From positions 190,526,001 through 190,590,000 of the forward strand of contig OZ024743.1 in assembly GCA_964016885.1 (NCBI GenBank): a stretch of DNA of 64,000 nt. Direction: 5' to 3'. The DNA comes from Eledone cirrhosa. Lineage: Eukaryota. Position 1 is the stretch's first letter. Each line of letters starts with the position of its first letter. Both the position numbers and the translations under genes were made by a program. The notes below the pieces were generated by a model. The model searched no databases and was not told the origin of the DNA. It saw nothing but the letters and a program-made list of their open reading frames with translations. This document shows, piece after piece, positions 14,437 to 28,994 of this stretch.

Positions 14437-14681
14437 ATAATAATAAATGTGAAGAGTAAAATCCAAAGAGGGCTCGATAAGGATAAATATATATCAAATA
14501 TAATATATAAGAACCCTAGAACAAATATTTATTAAAATAACAGATTATAGTTTAAGCAAAGAATCGCTGCATTCACCCTTACATAAACACACAATCAAAC
14601 AATCATACATATATATATATATATACTATAAATTTGTGCAAGCACGTATATTGCACATGTATACATTAGACCCAGAAAAAA

Positions 14682-14753
<72 letters not shown>

Positions 14754-15874
14754 GGGGGGGGGGGGGGAGATGGACAGATACATATACAAACACAGATATA
14801 TTTACTTACACAGACACACACACATACACATGCATATGTATTTAAATATTGTATATATTATTGAATGTGTGTGTGTGTTTGATTACCCTTGTCTGATGTT
14901 ATTGGCTATCTTAACTCTGGTTATAATTCTTTACACGTGGTTGATTTTGAGGCTCTTACATCTAGATATCATTTAAATGTATGAGGAAGAAAGTAAGGTA
15001 TGGCTTAGTCTTTTTAGAAATCAACTGTTAAATAGGTGTAGGCCTTTAAAGGAGAAATTGTTGATGAGAGGAATTTGTGATCTGTTCAGGCGACATAAGA
15101 AGTTTGCCGATACTCTTGTTTACTAGTTACACTTTAAAATGGTGTATACAAGATGGCACACATTCATATATATATATATATATATATAACATAGAAATGT
15201 CTTTTACAGTACTAGAACTGTTTCATTCGGGAGAAATATGTAGACATATATATATATGTGTAGGTGTGGGTGTGTGTATAAGGTTTAGGATGGTGGTTAG
15301 GACGGAGCAGGAGGAGAAAGAAGAAAGAATCCTTCGTCAGCTGTTAAACCGTGATCCAGATGTTTCGCCGCTTAATTACAGGACATCTGTAGCGATCGAG
15401 TGCGCCCGAGGCCTTTTCTGAACCAAAAGGCCAGGAGGAAAAGAAGAGAAAAGGAGAGAAAAAAGGAAGGGAAAAGAGGAAGAAGAACAAAGTGGTAAAA
15501 GTGGTGAGGAGAGAGGAAGAAAGAGAAAAAGGAGAAAAAACAGGTGAACTGATCCCATAGTGGGAAGACACAGGACAAAGAAACAAGCAAATGAGTAACC
15601 TTGAAAAAATAGGATAAGTAAGTTATAGCAAACCTGATAGACCTAAGCCGTGTGGCGTGCGCTAACTAGAAGACGGTATTAATCGTGTTGGCTCTCTTGT
15701 AGACGAGAGAGGCACGAGCAACCGGAAATGAGAGGGATAGGGAAAGAGAGATAATCCAAAAGGCGTATTACGACTGTGGTAAGACGTGTCGTAAAAAATC
15801 GCAAACAGAGGAGTTTTCACGACACGTGTAAACATGTATACATATATATATATATATACATATAACTACCCCCT

Positions 15875-16518
15875 CCCCCCTTCTTGCTTTCTTCGTATTC
15901 CCACTGCATTTTAAGATATCGTAAATAGCAACTACAGAGCAATATCTATTCTCCATTTATTTCATCATGTTTTCGCTGCGACCATTATTCTCTCTCCCCT
16001 TCTACCTACCTATTTCGCTACTTTCTACTCTCACCCCTCTTTCTTCCACTCCTTTTCTCCCTATCTACTCTTACCCCACTGTCTTCCTCTCCCTTTCTCC
16101 CTCTCACTTTCACCCCCTCGCCTGACCCTTAGCAGTTCTTTTCTCACTTACAACTGCGGGTATCAGACGAGTGCCTTTTTTATCTCGACCACTGAGTCTT
16201 GAATTTAAGTTCTCTTGGATTTCCTTACCTTAGGTTGCTCGCACGTTGCTCTTTTTGTTGTTTTTTTCGCTGTTTTTTTACTGTTTTCTCTTTTCTTCCC
16301 TTTTGCCCCCCCCCCTCCTCCGTTTTCCCAATAACTTATCAACTCATTGACGCCCTGGGGTGAGATATCTTGTCTTTCAAGCGTATAAATATCCGAGACT
16401 CTCAGTAGACGACTGATGAGGAAAATGGCCCCCCACCCACCCCGTTCTTGCTTTCTTCGTATTCCCACTGCATTTTAATATACCTTAAATAGCAACTACT
16501 CACCCATTTCTATTTTCC

Positions 16519-16520
<2 letters not shown>
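15875..16520 (+). repeat. Element bounded by ~80-bp direct repeats (period ~564 bp), Penelope pseudo-LTR-like
   Basis: ttcttgctttcttcgtattcccactgcattttaa...aaatagcaactac at 15881 and 16445; CTGATGA at 16413; embedded in (AT)n. Confidence 0.55.
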
Positions 16521-16559
<39 letters not shown>

Positions 16560-16635
16560 CTTATATATATATATATACTTATATATACTGATATATATAT
16601 ATATTTATATATATATGTATGTATATATATATATA

Positions 16636-16684
<49 letters not shown>

Positions 16685-16738
16685 ATATATACATATATAT
16701 GTATATATATATATATACATTTATATATATATATATAC

Positions 16739-16833
<95 letters not shown>

Positions 16834-16838
16834 TATAT
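16519..16838. repeat. Imperfect (AT)n microsatellite
   Basis: Direct reading. Confidence 0.95.
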
Positions 16839-16844
16839 AGTGTG

Positions 16845-17002
16845 TCCACTAGAAGGGGAAGACCAAGGTTAACGTATGTTGATGCCCTAAGGACAGACAC
16901 TGGTCTGTTGGAGACGCAGGACATGGCAGCGGTAATAAGGGACAGAGACCGCTGGAGAGAACTCGTCCATGGATCTCGGGAATTTTACCCGCCTTAGATA
17001 GA
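16845..17002 (+). mobile_element. RTE-X-like LINE 3' end
   Basis: Translates [48 protein letters not shown], a typical RTE-group C-terminus. Confidence 0.75.
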
Positions 17003-17042
17003 TATATATATATATATACATTTATATATATATATATATATG

Positions 17043-17173
<131 letters not shown>

Positions 17174-17182
17174 GTATACATA

Positions 17183-17249
<67 letters not shown>

Positions 17250-17266
17250 GTATATATATATATATA

Positions 17267-17908
17267 TTGCACCGACGTGAGGTATATGATTTTTAATGCA
17301 CTGAAATATCTATGATCGTCGGCAAATCACTGATGAGGTACTCATTTTATTACATGTTATCCATGTGCAACCTGCAGTATTCTTCTCCCCATTTTTTCAC
17401 ATATATTTACCTAAACTGCGATTCTGTTTTTTTCTATCTCTCTCTCTTACTGCTCCCTCGTTCTCTCTGTTTCTCCTACTTTCTTTCGCCTCCTCTGTCA
17501 TGTCAGTTAACTCTTCCTCACACTTCCACTCACTCACTCACTGTTTCTCCCCTTCTCCCTTCACCCCGTTCGCGACGGAAACATTTTCTCTCTTTCTCAC
17601 ATTTGGATTCATCTCGAAAGGTCTTTTTTCTAAGCGCTCATATATTCACCTAGCTTATACTAACAGAATAACTATGTAGCTTGTTACCTTCCTCTCTACG
17701 GTTAGCTCTCCTCTTTGTTGTTATCTTGTCTCACTCGCTTTACGCGTTTTAATTGTCCTAATAACTTAATTTAGTTATTATTGCACCGTCGTGAGGTATA
17801 TGATTTTTAATGCAATGAAATATCTATGATAGTCGGCAAATCACTGATGAGGGACTCATTTTATTACATGTTATCCATGTGCAACCTGCAGTATTCTTCT
17901 CCCCATTT

Positions 17909-17914
<6 letters not shown>
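17267..17914 (+). mobile_element. Partial tandem (period 514 bp) Penelope pseudo-LTR-like element with decayed HHR
   Basis: 17267-17402 repeated at 17781-17914; each copy has CTGATGA...acatg/catgt hairpin...ctgcag-TA but no GAAA; flanked by (AT)n. Confidence 0.55.
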
Positions 17915-17962
<48 letters not shown>

Positions 17963-17966
<4 letters not shown>

Positions 17967-18712
17967 TATTTTGCAATACGCTGTATGCTTAAGTAAAATC
18001 ATTTCGAAGGCCTTACGCTATTGTTTTAGAGTAGTGACAGTGTCACTTACTCTAAATTTTCAGCAAACAGGGTAGATAAAGCTGACAGAGCTCTGTTTCG
18101 TATTTTTCGGTACTTATCAAGCTAACAACTCCACATGTTTGCTGAAAATCATGAAAGTTTGATTCCTATAGAATTCTAGTAAAAATCAGGAACTGATTAT
18201 ACAGGGCGGTTGCCGGTCAAGCAGAAATCGAAAATTAGAATTGGTGCTCTGAAATAGCGATATATATATATGAATAAATATATAGTGTATTTTGCAATAC
18301 GCTGTATGCTTAATTGAAAGCGTTTCGAAGACCTTACGACATTGTTTTAGAGTAGTGACAGTCTCACTAACTTTAAATTTTCAAAACGTACGAAACAGAG
18401 CTCTGTCAGCTTTATCTACCCTGTTTGCTGAAAATTTAAAGTAAATGAGACTGTCACTATTTTAAGACAATAGCGTAACGTCTTCGAAATGCTTTTAATT
18501 AAGCATACAGCGTATTGCAAAATACACTATATATACATTCATATATATATCGCTATTTCAGAGCACCAATTCTAATTTTCAATTTCTGCTTGACCGGCAA
18601 CCGCTCTGTATAATCAGTTCCTGATTATTACTAGAATTCTATAAGAATCAAACATTCAAGCTTTTTCAGCAAACAGATGGAGTAGTTAACTTTGATAAGT
18701 ACCAAAAAGTAC
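17963..18712. mobile_element. Retrozyme/Penelope-pLTR-like repeat: ~321-bp unit, 1.3 tandem copies plus one inverted copy, carrying a type I HHR
   Basis: agtgtattttgcaatac at 17963 and 18284; 18388-18712 is an inverted monomer; same family at 41205-42056. Confidence 0.85.
18056..18149 (-). ncRNA. Type I hammerhead ribozyme, U3-A8 core variant (this copy 1 nt short at the stem I/core junction)
   Basis: Minus strand: ttcagcaaac...tagc-TTGATAA-gtac(cgaaaa)atac-GAAA-cagagctctg(palindrome)-TC-agct...gtttgctgaa; long stem I. Confidence 0.75.
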
Positions 18713-18714
18713 TA

Positions 18715-18897
18715 GGGCGGTTGATTGGCAGTATCGGTAGAGGGTCGGACACCATGCCTTGAAGCATACAGTTACGTCCTTGCCATTCTGAGTTCATATC
18801 CCGCCGAGGTTAACATCCTTACGGGGTTGATAAAATAAAGTACCAGTTATGCACTGGTTTATTGCTGGCCTTGTGCAAAAAGTAGAAACAATTAATT
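18715..18897 (+). mobile_element. SINE family A, full length
   Basis: Matches 537-722 throughout. Confidence 0.88.
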
Positions 18898-19951
18898 ACC
18901 TCTGACCAACTCATCAGAATACAAAAATAATTCGCTCGAGGCAAGATATATATAGAGGAAAAGAGTATAATCAAAACAATAATATCAATAATAAAATATA
19001 TATGATAAATAGGTAGAGAAGTTGCAGATGTAAAAAAGTGAAAAGTAAAAGATAAGAAAAAATACATTAAAAAGTAAGAAAATGGAAAATATAAAAAAAT
19101 AATTAAGGATAAGAGCATGTAAGTACAGAGTATGCTAGTGGTGGTGGTGAGTAAGTGTTCTTATAAGGATATTGTGGTAGATTTAGTGCTAACATGTCCT
19201 ATTCGAAACATACATAGATACGTGTAGAGAGTCTGATGTAGAGACAGATAAATGAAAAAGCAATAAATTAGAGATTAATTGGGGGATTCTAGTATGATAT
19301 TTAAGGGCTAAGGGTGGATGGTGAAGGGAGGTTTGACAAATGTATATATATATATATATAAACTAATATGTATGTGATGAAACACAGATACCAACACATC
19401 TGTATATATATTGCAAAAGAAAATTTAGCCAGATTGAAGTATACTAATTATTATACTACAGTTTGTCCATATCGATTTAAAATAATAAATCAACAAAGAC
19501 GAACTGCATTGCCAAGAGGCTATGATGTTTAGACACATTTAAATTTCAAAATCAAACCTGTTCCGTAGATAAGTTTAAACTTTAAAATCCAAATATGTTT
19601 CGAGTTAAATAAGTGTAGGAATATCATGTCCTGCTCTCCTCAGTAAACATCCAGGGACAAATTGATATGCTTCACTTCTAAATAATTTAAAAGACTGCGT
19701 GACGCACATGGTTTAACAGTATCTAGCTAGTCTCATAACCGTACTGCTAGAAATAACAGTCGTATATATGAGGCGGCTTTCAGCTCAGACTAGGAGCAGT
19801 TATTAATAAGGTAATGGATTCTTTTACAATGGAATTAGCTCGAAGGCTATATATATATATATATGTATAAGTTCTTTTTAAATTGTTGGGATACAACAAG
19901 AAAATATGTTTATAACTGATATAAAGCACTCAACAAATTATTGGAGTAAAA

Positions 19952-20280
19952 ATACGATATATTAACAAATGGAAACTATATTTATAAAACCATATTTATT
20001 TCAATATACATATTTCAAGGACACCAAGTTAAATTATGGTGTGCTTTCATCAGATAAAATATAATATAGATCAGTTTTATAAATAAATATTGATATACCC
20101 TTAAAAAATGCGACCATTTCTGTTGGAAGCTCCCGGTGTCAATATTTATTTATAAAACTGATCTATATTATATTTTATCTGATGAAAGCACACCATAATT
20201 TAACTTGGTGTCCTTGAAATATGCATAAGGAAATAAATATGGTTTTATAAAGATAGTTTCCATTTGTTATTATATCGTAT
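19952..20280. repeat. Inverted repeat (~145-bp arms) with an HHR-like motif in each arm; inverted Penelope pLTR remnant
   Basis: 19952-20095 is the reverse complement of 20135-20280; third copy at 60262-60385. Confidence 0.85.
20174..20240 (+). ncRNA. Hammerhead-like motif
   Basis: CTGATGA(20179)-aagcacacca/tggtgtcctt stem II-GAAA(20216)-tatgcata palindrome; UH site and stem I imperfect. Confidence 0.6.
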
Positions 20281-20287
20281 ATATATA

Positions 20288-23055
<2,768 letters not shown>

Positions 23056-23524
23056 TAGTACCACCACCCCCTCCCTTCAAATACACCTTGTTTTGCTTAA
23101 CTAATGAATAATTCCAGCTCTGTGCACCTAACCTCAGCATGAACACAGCCACCTAGCTGCCTTCCACTGCATATTGCACATTGAGCACATGCCTTTACGC
23201 TTTTGGCTTCTAACTACTTCACCAATTTCTCTACTCTTCTCCTATCTCCATCTCTCTCCTTAAGATTGGTTACTCTTGAACTGTATATATATATAAATAT
23301 ATTTCCCAATTTGTAGAAAACTTATGACGAAACGATCGTTTCGAAGGAGAGATGTATTTAATTATATCTCATATAAAATAATACAGCCGGCTATCTGCAA
23401 AATACAATATAGTTAGCACCCCAAACATATAATTACGGTTATACTCAGGTATATCCTAATGTTTGTTGAGTGAGATGGATGTCGGTCGGAGTATTGCCTA
23501 AAGCTTTCTCTGTTAAAGTATTAA

Positions 23525-23656
<132 letters not shown>

Positions 23657-23976
23657 TTATTTATTTATAAATGTATATATATTATTTATATATGTATATA
23701 TATATAAATAAATATATATATATATAAATAAGTACATACATATACATAAGCACAATAACAACAAACACATATAAACACACACTAGTAAACTAAGATAGAA
23801 TACAATAACCAATACACAGTCACCCAAACACGAACACACATCAAACACTATACAAACACGCAAACGCATGCGCAGAGAAGACAAACAAATAAATAAATAA
23901 ATAAATAAATAAATAGATAAAGAGACTAAATAAAGATGGCGTAAGCATACAATACAATGGGAAGATACATAATAGC

Positions 23977-24020
23977 ACCACTGACGATGTTGCAGATGTG
24001 CAACGAAAGAACTTTGTTAG
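23977..24020 (+). ncRNA. Partial hammerhead-like motif
   Basis: CTGACGA-t-gttgca(gatg)tgcaac-GAAA; stems III and I not recoverable. Confidence 0.4.
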
Positions 24021-24213
24021 ATTATATATATGTGTTTGTGTCTATATTGTATCTGTATATTTGACCGCTGGTCAGTCAATGGTAACATTGAGGACCGAAT
24101 AAATTAAATTAACTGATATAAAAGACACACAAGCGAAAACGAACCAAACAGTGAGTGTGTTCTGTTATTAATTCTGGCAATATTATTACACAAATATGAC
24201 CCTCCCCAAGTAT

Positions 24214-24250
<37 letters not shown>

Positions 24251-24290
24251 TAAATAAAAGTCAAATGATTAAAATTTCGCTTCGTTTATT

Positions 24291-24345
24291 ACTGCTATAT
24301 ATATTTCAGTGACAGCCATCTTTGGCTGTGACCTCTTCAGGCAGT
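24291..24345 (-). ncRNA. Complete type I hammerhead ribozyme
   Basis: Minus: actgc-CTGAAGA-ggtcacagcca(aaga)tggctgtcact-GAAA-tatata(palindrome)-TA-gcagt; all core positions canonical, 5-bp stem I. Confidence 0.85.
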
Positions 24346-24485
24346 TTGAATTAGTATGGTATAGACAAGTACATATGTTGTTTAGGTGTATAATATTGTC
24401 AATACTCTGATATGCCCAGTTCCTTGTTGGGTTGTTAATTCACTGAGGAACTGGAGTCATATATACAACCAACATAAACTCAAAA

Positions 24486-24531
<46 letters not shown>

Positions 24532-24571
24532 ACAGTATTGATGTTTAGTTGAAGCATTGTGGAATAATAAG

Positions 24572-25012
24572 ATTTATTTATTTTGGACGTTTTGGAAGCC
24601 TCAACAATGCAGATGGCTAACAGAATCCGGTGATGAAGAGAGAGATGTAAGGGAATGTAGAATGAGATGTATAGAGTGTAGAGGAACGTAGGAAAGAGCG
24701 TAACATTAAAAATAATAAGACGAGATAGAGTTACCTTGGGAGAGATTTAATTGTCCCTATATTTCTGATTCGCATCCATCAACTGGGGTTTTTCCGGGGG
24801 GAGGGGGGGGGGGGGGGTTTATATGTCGGAGAGGAACGGTACGTGTCCTCTGCTGTCCGTTGTTTGTGACTGAGCTCTTTCCTACGTTACTCTACACACT
24901 ATACATCTCATTCTACATTCCCTTACATCTCTCTCTTCACCACCGGGTTCTGTTACACGGAGATTTACCCATCTGCATCGTTGAGACTTCCAAAACGACC
25001 AAAATAAATAAA
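24572..25012. repeat. Inverted repeat (~130-150-bp arms) between (AT)n tracts; probable inverted pLTR remnant
   Basis: 24572-24700 (ttattttggacg...gtaggaaagagc) is the reverse complement of 24873-25012; spacer contains a poly-G run. Confidence 0.8.
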
Positions 25013-25047
25013 TGTATATATACATATATATATATATATGTATATAT

Positions 25048-25115
<68 letters not shown>

Positions 25116-25124
25116 CACACACAC

Positions 25125-25155
<31 letters not shown>

Positions 25156-26587
25156 AGTGTGTGTGTGTGCATTTGTATGTGAGTGTGTGTTTGTATTTTG
25201 TTAAATTTCAAGGAGTTGATTAAAGGTATTCCTGTGGCAACTCGTTCATTTTGGGGTATAATGTGTTGATTATAATACTATCAGGCTTAGTTATTTTTTT
25301 AATATGAAAGCCTGGTTTGAGGGACATTTGATTGTTATTTTTCTCTTGTAGTGTAACCCTAGTAGCCTTCTTTCTCGTTTCGTTTTATTCTAGTGGACAG
25401 TTTACCTTTCTGATCATAGGACAAAGAGTTAGTGACACTGGAATGGGGGCGTTGCATCGTCTGCCTATGAAACCAAAGACGATGCTGGTTTTCTGGCTGC
25501 AGCCAATGGTGTGAGTGACAGTGTTTCGGGAACTCCATTCTCTGAAATGTATTCTCCAATTTGTCATCTTTGTAGAATATGTGGCGTTAGAAATACCTTA
25601 ACTGGTTTTTCTTGCTACACGAGTAAGGACTGGTTATTCTGATTTGCATTGAAAAGTCTCATTGTAATTGTCTCAATGACTACGAGCGCTCACAGTTACG
25701 AAATGGTCGTTTGATTATTGGGTGTTATAAGGATTTAGGTGTCTATGCGAACCTTTCTTGAGATGTCACTCTTCATTAATTTTCAAAAACATTTCAAATA
25801 ATATTTCTTTCGAGAATTCCATGTTTTCGGATTCTATATCATGAGTGTCTTGCTACAAATCAGGTCCATTCATGTCTTCTTTTGTTTTCAATTCGTATCT
25901 GCAGAAATATCTGTTTTATTTTTAGTGAGCATTTTGTAATCAACTTGTTGCCATTAAACGTCATGTTGAACCAAAAAATACATTCAAAATGTTCTATTTC
26001 CTTTTCCTCCACAATGGGACGAAAATTAATTCAATAACCATCATTTACGATGTAAAATAAATTTACACTACGTGACATGTAAAAAATATTATCCAATTAC
26101 TTAAAACCGCCTTGATATCGAAATGACAGCGAAGGAGTGAATAAAAATTCATCTGCAAAAATTCAATTATATTACAACCAGGAATATCAAAGCTAATCGA
26201 CTGGTAACTGATATCAACGACTACCAAGAAATGAAGTGTTCGAATAAACGATACGTCTTTGAATACGTGTTGAAATTATCCACGTATACAGATCTGACAA
26301 GAGATAACACAGAATGCAAATACCATAAACACAATAATACCTATGATAATCTTGCAATGCAAATAAATGTTTAAAGGTATGGAGAAATATAAAAAATCCA
26401 AAACACATGGCGTAAAGCTATCCATCATACACAGGCATTGAGCACATATTATGTAGTTTTAATACAATAAAAATACCAAACCAAACCAAACCAAGATAAA
26501 ACGTTACACTCATTGATGTAACATCAGACTGCACTGAGTTGTTCAGTGGAAGGTGACAGTGAGATTAAAACAATTGAGGAATAATAA

Positions 26588-26774
26588 TAATTGCTACTTT
26601 TGGCACAAGGCCAGCAATTACTCAGTGCATTACTGGTACTTTATTTTATCGACCCCAGAAGGATGAAAGGCAAAGTTAACCTAGGCGGGATTTGAACTCA
26701 GACCATACAGGGAGGTAACTCTATGCTTCAAAGCATGGCGTCCGACCCTCTACCGATACTGCCAATCCACCGCC
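26588..26774 (-). mobile_element. SINE family A, full length
   Basis: Reverse complement of the 537-722 consensus. Confidence 0.88.
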
Positions 26775-27681
26775 TTATAATAATCTATTCTAACATGTAC
26801 AGGTTCAGAAATATTGGTTGTAGGGAGAGAGCAAATAATTATATCGACCCGTCGCATTGATAGTTACTTTATTTTCTCAACGCCCGAAAAATGATGACAA
26901 TGTAACATATTATAATCTTTACTAATACTTAATATCTTCACAATATATTTACTATCATTGCTGGTTCTTCGTGATGGTATTCTGGTTGATATTCTTTCTG
27001 CTTGTAACATATCGTTTCTATAAAGCTGACTCTGGCCTAGTGCCAAAAGAAGAAACAATTATTTCTATAAACATGACTTTTAAAAACACCTTTTCGTTCC
27101 CCCTCGAATCAATCTTCGATGAAATGGAGTGGTTTACATTGAAATATATAAATATTATTTTGAAGATTATTATGAATCTTCTTTTCTCGTGAAACATTAT
27201 TTACAATCCACTTAAGAATAAAAGTAAAACAAAATGATTCTCGATTTTGATGGATATATATGCAAAACATATTCTTCCATCGTGATGCTCAGAGAACAGG
27301 GATTTTCAAATATCTGTGAAGAGATGATACATTACATCAATCAAGAAACAAACCGACTTGCATGCAACACAATTTCAGGAATACACTTTTCATTACGAAG
27401 GATTTTCTGTGATCTGCTAAAATATTCAAATTTTGCTGGCAAAATTTTACAATATACCTCAGCTGTCTAAATATATATGTAATTCTTAATGAACAATTTT
27501 TCCAGTCATGTTACATAAAACATTTTATTAATTTTTGATTAAATGAATTTACCTTTCTAATGTTTTACTGTACTTATATCTCTCCTAATTTTAAATGTAG
27601 TTATGGCTTTAAATGACTTCACTAAATAAACGAGTTTCCGAGCGTTTCTCCGTTCATTTCTTGGTTGTAAAATTGAATATA

Positions 27682-27749
<68 letters not shown>

Positions 27750-27765
27750 TGTGTGTGTGTATGTG

Positions 27766-27874
<109 letters not shown>

Positions 27875-28598
27875 GAAGATACAAAGGTATACACATGAAG
27901 GGAGTACGCTGAATCTATTAACGAGTATTGAGAGTAACAGTCAATGAATGTTTTAAATAGTTTGGAGTTTCAAACATATATTGGGAGTTTCTAATCTAGT
28001 CAATTTACTTAGTAATTATGCTTTGATCTGTAGATCTAATAATATTGACAAATGTCCATCGTTTTCGGCAAGATGATTAAACAAGGTTCACTCTCATTGT
28101 TTTATATTGTTCCAAAACATTTGAATCAGAGGAAGCTGGATAAGATGACATCACGTATTGCTTCTCAGTACTTGAACATTTGTAAAGCGAGTTTCTGTCT
28201 CATGATTGTAAGAATAGTTATTTCTATTAGCCGTCTTTTTACTGCAAGATTACATTTCCCTAATTTACAGGTTTGTCCCATATGAAGAAACAGTCATCAA
28301 GAAAACATTTCTTATTTTCTTTTAATATGACGACAAATTGGCTCCTAAAGATTTCAGTGGGGCTTCATAAAATTTGTTTCCTGAGGCAAAAATATCGTAA
28401 AACAGTACATTAATCAAAACACCTGTGTGCTCTGCCATGGAATATATTGATATATTGAAGGAACATACAAACAGAAAAACACTTGCTCAATGTCACCCTT
28501 AAATCACCCTTAAACAGATGGGATCATATGCGCCTCATCGGAAAGACAATTAATGATAAATTCATCTATTCGTAGTGAAAATCGTTAGTAAATATATT

Positions 28599-28702
<104 letters not shown>

Positions 28703-28821
28703 ACTATTAGCATATGCACTACAGATATATAAAAGCGTATTTACATCTACATACAAAGTGGGCTAAATGTGTAAAAAAGTAAGATATATATATATACAAT
28801 TAAATTGGATATATATATCTT

Positions 28822-28879
<58 letters not shown>

Positions 28880-28994
28880 AACAAATAGTTTATCGTCCTA
28901 CATGGCTGAATACAATAAATGTAATCTGAACTCTTCGAATATTAATAATAATATTCAAAAAACTCAGATTACATTTAAATAAATATCTGTCTAT

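Noticed and set aside
15195-15425. Minus-strand CTGACGA and two GAAA-stem motifs (gaaacagttctagtactgta; gcgaaacatctggatc) suggesting a hammerhead
   Set aside because: No arrangement gives a pairing stem I; possibly pieces of separate decayed PLE ends
16410-16500. CTGATGAGGAAAA in the 564-bp direct-repeat element
   Set aside because: Could not build stems I and III; kept only as weak support for a pLTR origin
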